64,000 bases of DNA from Octopus vulgaris. Taxonomy: Eukaryota. Below the pieces are notes generated by a model. It was not told the DNA's origin. It saw only the letters and a list, made by a program, of their open reading frames with translations, and did no database searches. Position numbers and translations under genes: made by a program. The stretch covers positions 63,054,001-63,118,000 of the forward strand of contig OX597821.1 in the NCBI GenBank assembly GCA_951406725.2, written 5' to 3'. Of the stretch, positions 55,128-64,000 are shown piece by piece; position 1 is the stretch's first letter, and every line of letters starts with the position of its first letter.

Positions 55128-56990
55128 GCATTCATATACACACAAAATCATACACGAACACATATATATATATACATACAGGCGCATACAGTCATTATTT
55201 GTATGCAATTACGTAGCTAAATGATTGCATATATATATTACAAGATACTATATATCATTCATCAATATCGATTCATAAATAAGTATATGCATAAATACAT
55301 ACACACACACATACACTCAAACAAATATATTATGTGTGTGTGTTTTTTTACATATAGATATATGTGTGTGCTTGTGTGTTCGTATGTATATGGTACGTCA
55401 GTCACGTGCATATGACGTACATTATAATTTGCGTCTATTCTTTCATTTCTTCTCGAAATTTTCTTATTTCTATACATGCGCTTTAACTTTTTTACTTTTG
55501 CGTTATTCAGCCTACCTGAATGTTATTATTGGGTATTTTTATATGGGAATTACTTCACTATTTGACAGATGATGCTTTTGTAAGTTTATATGATATCCTG
55601 ATGTATACTACCAAACATTTTGTTATTCATTATTTATTTATATATTTATTCATGTATTAGTTTATCTCGTTCTTGTTGGGTTTCGAAGTGCATGAAGAGT
55701 TGATGAAACGAATAATTCGGTACTTTAAACGAAATATACTTACATCATTTTAGTACGATGTCTACTCTACTTGGAAAATGTGGATTTTGTAATGTCTTTA
55801 TTGCGTTCCAGGTTGAACTAACACAATTTTAATTATATTTATGTGTTCGTTAGTTCATCTTTATTTGTTGGATTTCGAAGTATATTGTATAGATGTAAAA
55901 AGTTATATCATAGCTTAAATGAGATGAATTCATGAATGTAGTATTATCACAGTTACGATCAAACTCCTACACCTTCCTAGCTGCCTAGGCTAAAATAACC
56001 ATTCTTATCTATGATATTAATTCTCAATAAATATTCAAAACTAAAATTTAGATTTTAATTTCTATAACATGTTACTGAAAATATGGTACATCCACAAATA
56101 GATACGAACTCCTCGTCTGTTGAGTGCTGCTTCAATACAATAATTATACATCTATAACTGGTACAGTGTATATTTGAGAGAGAAAATATTACAATTTCGT
56201 CGATATGCCTCGTTCCCGCAGAAAGAAAATTTATTGACAATGCATATTTCTTCTTTGTTTTGGCACCTTCGTCCTTGTCCCTCTCCTTTTCTTCTTTCTT
56301 CTCATGATCATCATTATCCTCGTCATCATTTAATTGTGGCAAAGCAACAACACATAGTGACATCATCTGGGATAATATGCGGTTATCTATCATTCAACTG
56401 CTGGATAGATCTAATGTGTTTTTTTTTATTTTCTTGTTTTTGAACACGGCAGCAATTTTAAAGGGAGTAATCAATACTATCGACAATTCACTCTTATCGA
56501 CCCAAAAAAAGATGAAAAACAAATTTTACCTCAGCACGATTTGAACTAGGAACATGTAAAGTTGTATAAAACATCGCAAAACAGTTTTCCTATGCTTCTA
56601 AATCGCCACCATATGTTTAGATATAACAATTTCGCATTTGCTTGCGATGTTCAAAAATTCTGAACCCCTTATATTTGACCGAACTGATAAGAGAACGATA
56701 GATTATAATTAGTTGAATCAACAACAATTACGTAATATATTTTTTTCGTATCAAGGTTACCAGCTGGCAGTCACTAACAAGATGTAACCCCTTTAAAGTT
56801 GATGGCAAAAAACGGGACTCACTAGCTTTCTCTCCACTCTTGGACTGTGTCGTTTTTAAACAATCAATAGACCCCATTCCGGATAAATAAGAATTAACAT
56901 TTTCGAAAATATCGGAGTTGAAACTTATTGCAACATGCAGACTAGTAAACAGCAATAAATTGTACAGTTCTATATTTAAGAGATGGGGAA

Positions 56991-57199
56991 TTATGTACAT
57001 TATTTGCATTTGACGGATATTTGTCCTCATCTTGTCTGTTGTTAACATAACGTTTCGGCTGATATACCCTCCAGCATTCATCAGGTGTTTGAGGAAATTT
57101 CGAACCTGATGAAAGCTGGAGGGTATATCAGCCGAAACGATGTGTTAACGACAAACAAGATAAGGACAAATATCCGTCAAACGTAAATTATGTAAATAA
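56991..57199. mobile_element. Fold-back element with ~95-bp arms, each carrying a minimal hammerhead motif
   Basis: 56991-57086 pairs with 57104-57199. Plus strand: CTGATGA(57106)-aagctg-gagggtatat-cagcc-GAAA-cgat-gtgtt. Minus strand: aacac-CTGATGA-atgctg..cagcc-GAAA-cgtt-atgtt. Confidence 0.8.
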
Positions 57200-57662
57200 C
57201 GTAGCAATAAAATGGTAGCGGGAGCTAAAACAGAATTCTCGGCATAGCGAGGTCAGAAAACCGCATGTGAAGATAGTATCTGTTTAATAGGGTAATACAT
57301 TATTGACCTCAAGATAAACTGCAAAACGCATTCGCAAACTAAGGTAAAGGGAATATATGAAATATTGTACATAAAATGTAAAATATTTCAAGGATTTTCT
57401 TTGTCTGTATTGTGATTTTCGCTAGATTTGACTTCATTAACAAATTCTTTTTATCAAAATTACAATGGCTAATGGTAATGAAAGAAGTATTCATCAGCTC
57501 TTTGTACATTTAATTAAAAATTATATACGAAAGCCATTTTAATCTTACTGTAAAATGTATTAAAATCTGTATGTGAATATAATAGTGATATGTAAAAATA
57601 TCTGTGAAATTAGGTTAACGCAGAAAAGCTACTTAAACATTAATTACATGCATTATAATGTA

Positions 57663-58220
57663 TTGGGTTGTCTGGAAAGTTCGTGCCAATTTATAGAAGC
57701 TTACTTTTCGACTTATTTTAGAACATGGTTGAGTCCATAAATTAGGATTTGTCTACATCTCCATTTAGAGCGCAGTTTAAGCTATCTTTTCTTGGAAGAA
57801 GGTTTATGTTCCTATAACCTGTGTTCATTCTGTAACCCTTTAAATTGGAAGGGAAGAAAGTTCATTTTCCGCACTTGATGCTTTGGGAACCAGACAAAAA
57901 TTGCTGCAGCTCGGCTGGGATGTGTTACACCACCCTCCATATTCACCAGATATTGCTCCTTTGTCTTTCCACTTATTCAGGTCTCTGCAGAATAGTCTTA
58001 ATGGTAACAATTTCAATTCCTTGGATGACGTAAAAAAACACCTTCTTTGCCATGAAACCACCTCCATTCTGGGATGACGGTATTTTCAAGTTAAAGGAAA
58101 GTTGGAGACGCATTGTGCAACAAAATGGTTCATATTTGGTTGATTAAAAATGTAATGGCAAATATTTATTGATCTTTTTCTCTCCTTTAAACATCGGCAC
58201 GAACTTTCCGGACAACCCAA
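57663..58220 (+). mobile_element. Internally deleted mariner transposon with TIRs and TA target duplication
   Basis: TIRs ttgggttgtctggaaagttcgtgcc / ggcacgaactttccggacaacccaa with TA on both sides. Translates to TRQKLLQLGWDVLHHPPYSPDIAP..FHLFRSLQNSL (mariner YSPDLAP motif). Confidence 0.93.
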
Positions 58221-59125
58221 TATATTAATTTGAATGTAAATACTGAAATCAAAGAATGAAAACATAACTGAAGATTTAAGCTTCTCAGAGAGAACCAAGG
58301 AAGAATAGCAACAGAATATTGTAACAAATCACAATCAAGATGTGAGATTTATGACTGAGAGGATTGCGAAATACGGAATCATATTTAAGATAGTGTTAAT
58401 ATTTTTAATGCAGGGAACATTGTAATGATAAATAGAAATATTTAGCGAGGATAACTACGATATTCTAAATGAGTAATGTTATTTTATTCCTACTAGAAAA
58501 CTGGAGAGACACCATGGAAATGTTTCAATCGACTTAGGAATTCATTCATAAAACTTAGCTACCACCATTCAAAGACATGCAGGAACATCAATCTCCGTCA
58601 TTTTGAATTTTTTTATATTGCCAACAAAATATATCGACGTGCGATTTTTATTTCAAGCAGAAAGGAAACACAATCACAGCATTTCCTAATAAAAATGCGA
58701 CACAAAATATTAACCATTTGGGAGATGGTTATATAGTCATTAGACGTGCTTGAAATAGTGCCTAAATGATCGTCAAATTTTGCTTTATTGACTTTTTAAA
58801 AGAAAAGCGGGTTACTAGAATACAAGCTAAGATAGAGTGTTTTTATGGTCAAGATTACGATGGTTCTGTCTAGACTTCTATCGATGAATATTGACCTAGT
58901 GTGGGTTAAATAGCCAAGGAAAACATGAGACAGTATAAACAGCCCTAAATATATGCCAACGAAACGCCATTAACGAAAAAATATCACACAGAACGAATTA
59001 ATGAATATGAATGATCATTAGTTTTAACGAAAAAACAACATATATACACAATAGTTATTCCAGTTTTGATACACACACACATATATAAACACGCATACAT
59101 ACATAAATGTATATATGTATGTGAG

Positions 59126-59166
<41 letters not shown>

Positions 59167-59199
59167 GTATATATATGTGTGTGTGCGTATATATATATA

Positions 59200-59263
<64 letters not shown>

Positions 59264-59364
59264 TACACATAGGGTTTGATGGGCATTTGATTTCTCTATA
59301 GGATTATATGCGTCTATGATAAAATATTTGGAAAAAATATAACTGTGTTTTACTAACAGAAGCA

Positions 59365-59422
<58 letters not shown>

Positions 59423-59430
59423 TCTGCTGA

Positions 59431-59475
<45 letters not shown>

Positions 59476-59779
59476 ATTGTAGTGAGGTCTATAACCTAGT
59501 GGTTAGGGTGTTGTACCAACGATAGCGATATTGTGGTTTGAACTCCTAGACCGAGCGGTGCGTCGTATTATTGAAGAAAACACTTCATCTGACATTGGTC
59601 AGCGATCACTTCCACAGCTGACGTGTAGCACACCGCGCACCTGCTCGGGACAACGTGTATTTGATGGAGAGAGTGAGCTAATGTACAGCTTATGTATTTG
59701 ATTTCTATATATAAATCTTTCGTGCTGGTCGTCCAAGAAAAATCTGTAGCCTCATACGTCGTCTTCGACGGGCAAGTCC

Positions 59780-59790
59780 ATTAGCATCAA

Positions 59791-59822
<32 letters not shown>

Positions 59823-59879
59823 ACATCGTCATCACTATTACTACTACTACTATTACTACTACTACTACTACTGCTACTG

Positions 59880-59932
<53 letters not shown>

Positions 59933-59935
59933 GCT
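59780..59935. repeat. Compound (CAT)n-(TAC)n microsatellite
   Basis: Seen directly; explains the poly-Ser/Asp ORFs. Confidence 0.9.
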
Positions 59936-60288
59936 AAAGTGGTGATCTTGTAGAACGCATACCGGAATTTCGGCCATCTTGATGTTCTGATCCTGCCGAA
60001 TTCTACTTTACATTTCAGCATTTCGGGTTCGATAAAATAACACCATTTGAGCAAAGGAGTCGATGTAATCGACGAGTCATCCCTCCCAAAATAGCTGGCC
60101 TTGTGCCAAAACTTGAAACCATTGTTATTATTGCTATCATCACCAGCATCATTATCATTATATTATTATAGTTTATTGTATTGTTGTTGTTGTTGCTGAT
60201 GTTATCTTTATTAGTAAAATCTCTGTCAAAAGAATAACATTGTAATTATTTTTCTTATGATGTGTGTCTGAGTGTGTGTGTGTGTGTG

Positions 60289-60349
<61 letters not shown>

Positions 60350-60701
60350 TGTGTATTCATATATTTATTAGATTTTCATATTCATGTGTTACCTAGCTTG
60401 AACCTATTTAAAATCTGTTTACACGAGATACCTTTTTAGAAAGCATGTTGTCAAGAACTTTTCTTTATTCTTTGAGAAATTCATTCTTTGTTGGATAAGT
60501 TAATTTTCAAGTTGTTAATGTAATTTTGCAACTCGTTTTTAATGAATTTATCGCGCGTGTCTATAATAACATATTATGTTTCACAATAAATTTGATAGTA
60601 TTACGTAGATTGAAAATTTTAATCTAATTACCCTTAACGTGTACATATATATACATTAAATATTATATATATTATATATTATATATAAGTACATACACAT
60701 A

Positions 60702-60769
<68 letters not shown>

Positions 60770-60975
60770 CATATATATTTGATGTTCAAAACTTCGAATG
60801 AACTATGATTTTAAAAATTATCATTTCTAACGTTATGTTATTTACTACATACTTTTTCAATATGTGACATTTGTCTGTTTTCTGTTTTGTGTTGTGAATA
60901 TTTATATTTAGCTGTAACGAGATTACTCATAATTTAGGCAGCAGTAAGGCAAATATTTATATGTTTCATACATAT

Positions 60976-61024
<49 letters not shown>

Positions 61025-61025
<1 letters not shown>

Positions 61026-61640
61026 CAAAATAAGACAAGAACGCAAAACATCCGGACAGTTAGGTGATACAAAAATGTGACAGCAAAACATCCAGATAGA
61101 CGATAAAAAGAAAATAAGGACGGGTCATTCGAAGTTTTCTTTCCTCAGTCAATTACCAGATTATCTTCGCAATTTCAGCTGATTATGCTTGCGATTGTTC
61201 CAATCTGGTCAGACCCAAGAAAAATCTAAGCTAAGATCATTAGATTCCTTGGAAGGAAACATCGAATGTATACAAAAACAAGGACGGAAAAAAAATGGAC
61301 AATTTTACACAAATACAATAAAAATAGTAATAACAGGACATAACAACAGGTGTCTTTCGACTAAGAACGAATTAAATTAAGCTGGCGTGTGTGGAAATGA
61401 AGCCTTAGGGTAGGGATAGAAGAATTCACAAACACAGGGAGGAATATCGATGTTGCACGGACCACGGGCAGACCAAGAAAGAAAGAAAAGGCTTGGCTGA
61501 ACGCCGGTTATGTGGGAAGAGAAGAGAGAGAAGTAGAAGCGGAGGGACAGGAGAATTAAGGAGGGCCGAGAAAAAATTATAGGGACGCAGTGAAGTGAAA
61601 CTGGAGGGAAAGTGAGCAAGAAGAGAAGGCAAATATATAC
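61025..61640. mobile_element. Interspersed repeat, probably the end of a Penelope-like element
   Basis: Longer copy of the 18297-18460 repeat, abutting (TA)n; the class assignment is an inference. Confidence 0.5.
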
Positions 61641-61699
61641 ACACATATGGTTAGTTTATAGGGGATTTCAAGTTATTTTGTTCTGCCCTGTTCTTTTTT

Positions 61700-63950
61700 T
61701 TTTATATTCTTAGCGATATTATCCTTATGAGAAATATGTTGTCACGAAATCTTAATTCATCAACACATCATATATTTAGAATTTCATATTTGAACGATTT
61801 AAGGAATATTTCTCTACAATACTGGGATTGATGCATGTTCTACAAACTGTATTTTCACACGATAAATTCGGTAAATAACAATCTCGATGGTCTTTTATTC
61901 CTCTGTCAACCGATCATAAAAGGTTTCATCCAATTCTTAAGACGTATTTGTGGTTTCTGCTGAATGCACCTTCGTCTAGTGAGACCTTCACAATACAAGC
62001 AATTTTGCTCACCTCAATGTTTATTAAGCTTGTAAATAGCTAAATATCCAGTAACTATGTTCTTAACATTCTCAGTCATAGAAGCTTCTAAAATGTACAA
62101 AGAAAGATGCATTGTTTCAGGCGCACTTTAGCACATTTGAGCTAATGTTCAATATGTTCAATGGTTTTCTGGTTTAGATTGGTTCTATTCATTATTATGG
62201 GTTATTTTGCACGGACGTTTCTAAATTATTTTCTAGGTTTAGTTTTCCATTAGGTAAATGCATGGTCGTTCGAAGAATAAATGTCGTTTCCTATTTCTAG
62301 CTGTCAGATACTGAGTTTATAGTGTTTTAGATTAAGTAGTGAGCTTCGATATTTATAGATAGCATTTCCTTCTTTCATGACACATCTTTCTTATTTCCGT
62401 ATCAAAGAAGTTTTAATTTGACTGGCTTTAGAGATTCCCCAGATGATGAATTGGTTATCGTGGATCATGGTATCTTACGTAAAGAAAAGGTTTTACTTTT
62501 AACTTTTTAATATTTATTTGCTTTGAACGCGTTGGTTGTTTGGAGAGACATACGTGAGAGTATTGTGGCTATGTCAGAGTGACACAGCTTACCGACAGCT
62601 AGTTTTCGTTTGAAAGTGTTTACTTTATTACCAAATATATAAAGTTTCCTGGATGGACTTGGCTCAAGATAAATTCAGATTCTGCGATAACAAGAAATGA
62701 TTCGGCTAGTTAATTCTTTACGTTTATTGCCAAATTTGGATTTCACATTGCCGTCTCGTTTTGTTAGACTACATTTTTGGTAGTTATTGTAGCTATGCAT
62801 TGATGTTATTCAGCTAAACACTCTTTGTGTATATTTTTACATTAATTGTTGGATTTTATATTAGCATCACTAATTTCCCTCATATTTTGCAAGCTACTGA
62901 CCAAGAAATTCTTTTCCCATGATTCTTGCATGAATTTATCTATTTCTGTTTCAGTCCTGTTTGAGTTCTACTTCGATTTTTTTTATTTATGTTATGCTGT
63001 GCTGCAATTATCTAAATATATTCCTCTATATAATTGCCTTCTAACATTTGCTTTACTGTTTCTTTATAAGATAGAAAAAAGTTTTCATAAACTTTTGTAT
63101 ATAAACCTAGGTACTTGCTTGCTTCTTAGTGAGTTTATAAAAAAAAAAAAGGTTCTATTATTAGACATTTTTTTATTTTCTAATAAGTATATTCTATCTC
63201 AATCAGATTAAAGATTTTGGCTTTGGAGTGCAGGGTACAGTCATGTCTCTGTAGAGGATTTCTGTGAAGAGAAATTCCAAAGTTTTGTTAATTTTCCTTG
63301 CCATGGGAAGGTTAAATAAACTAATCTATTGCAAATCTGACAGCATATTTATAAAACAATCATTCTACTCACCAAATTATAGACATTGTCATATATTTAA
63401 CCATATTTGCTTCTTATTATCTTAACTCAAACTAGCGTCGATTTTGCAACTTTAAATCCACAATATATCTCCTTATCAGTTGTAGTCCTGCTTGAGTACC
63501 TTTTGATATTTGAGTCACGGAAACTAAACTCAACTAGATGGATCAGGCCATACTGCAAAACTTATGACATTGGTTCGTTTAATCTCATTTATAAGAGAGA
63601 AAATTAAATTTATCCAGTGTTTGGTTTTAAGTGGGCTGAATGATATCAGCAGCAATTGAAGGGGTCTGATACACACTAACTATGGTTTCCTTGTGACCCT
63701 ACATAGGATTTAATCTTACTTTCTTCCTATTATATTCACATTAATATTTAGTTATGAATTTATTTAGTGTACTATTCTGTTCAAGATGGAACTTCTGTTT
63801 GATGGAAGCTCTGAAGTTAAGCACGGTCTTGATATATGACGTTATCTCTTAGCCCGAATATATTTCCAAACATGACTTTTTATATTCACCATAATGTTTT
63901 ACATATATTTTCTGTTATATTTTCTGATATGTAAATCCTTGTAATTAGAA
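61700..63950 (-). mobile_element. Possible degraded Penelope-like ORF remnant
   Basis: Microsatellite-free, A-rich on the minus strand, with DI*LFTSL (DxxSLFT-like) followed by KYM..CVDE (YVDD-like) in the expected order. Many stops. Confidence 0.35.
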
Positions 63951-64000
63951 TTTCCTTTCCTTTCATTAACTTACAATCTTGATATAACTAAATAAATTAA

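Overview
AT-rich, microsatellite-dense eukaryotic DNA. The SINE families and repeat landscape suggest an octopus (cephalopod) genome; this is an inference. Almost all ORFs in the supplied track are translated microsatellites or repeats. The real coding content is three + strand exons (43600-43684, 48487-48578, 52162-52338) with canonical splice sites and compatible phases (1-2, 2-1, 1-1). Together they encode two consecutive CCP/Sushi domains that resemble the LEV-9/Hasp family of cholinergic-synapse scaffold proteins. The first exon is absent from the ORF track in its coding frame, the second appears in the wrong frame, and the rest of the gene lies outside the window. A candidate 30-nt microexon sits at 14272-14301. 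The introns hold three main tRNA-type SINE families (two head-to-tail trimers and one young inverted pair), RTE/CR1/Penelope remnants, mariner remnants and MITEs. The most unusual signal is a set of unrelated short fold-back or tandem elements carrying minimal type I hammerhead ribozyme motifs, with a near-intact sense-strand copy at 51264-51376. I cannot claim a wholly new system from sequence alone; the hammerhead-bearing elements are the best lead.
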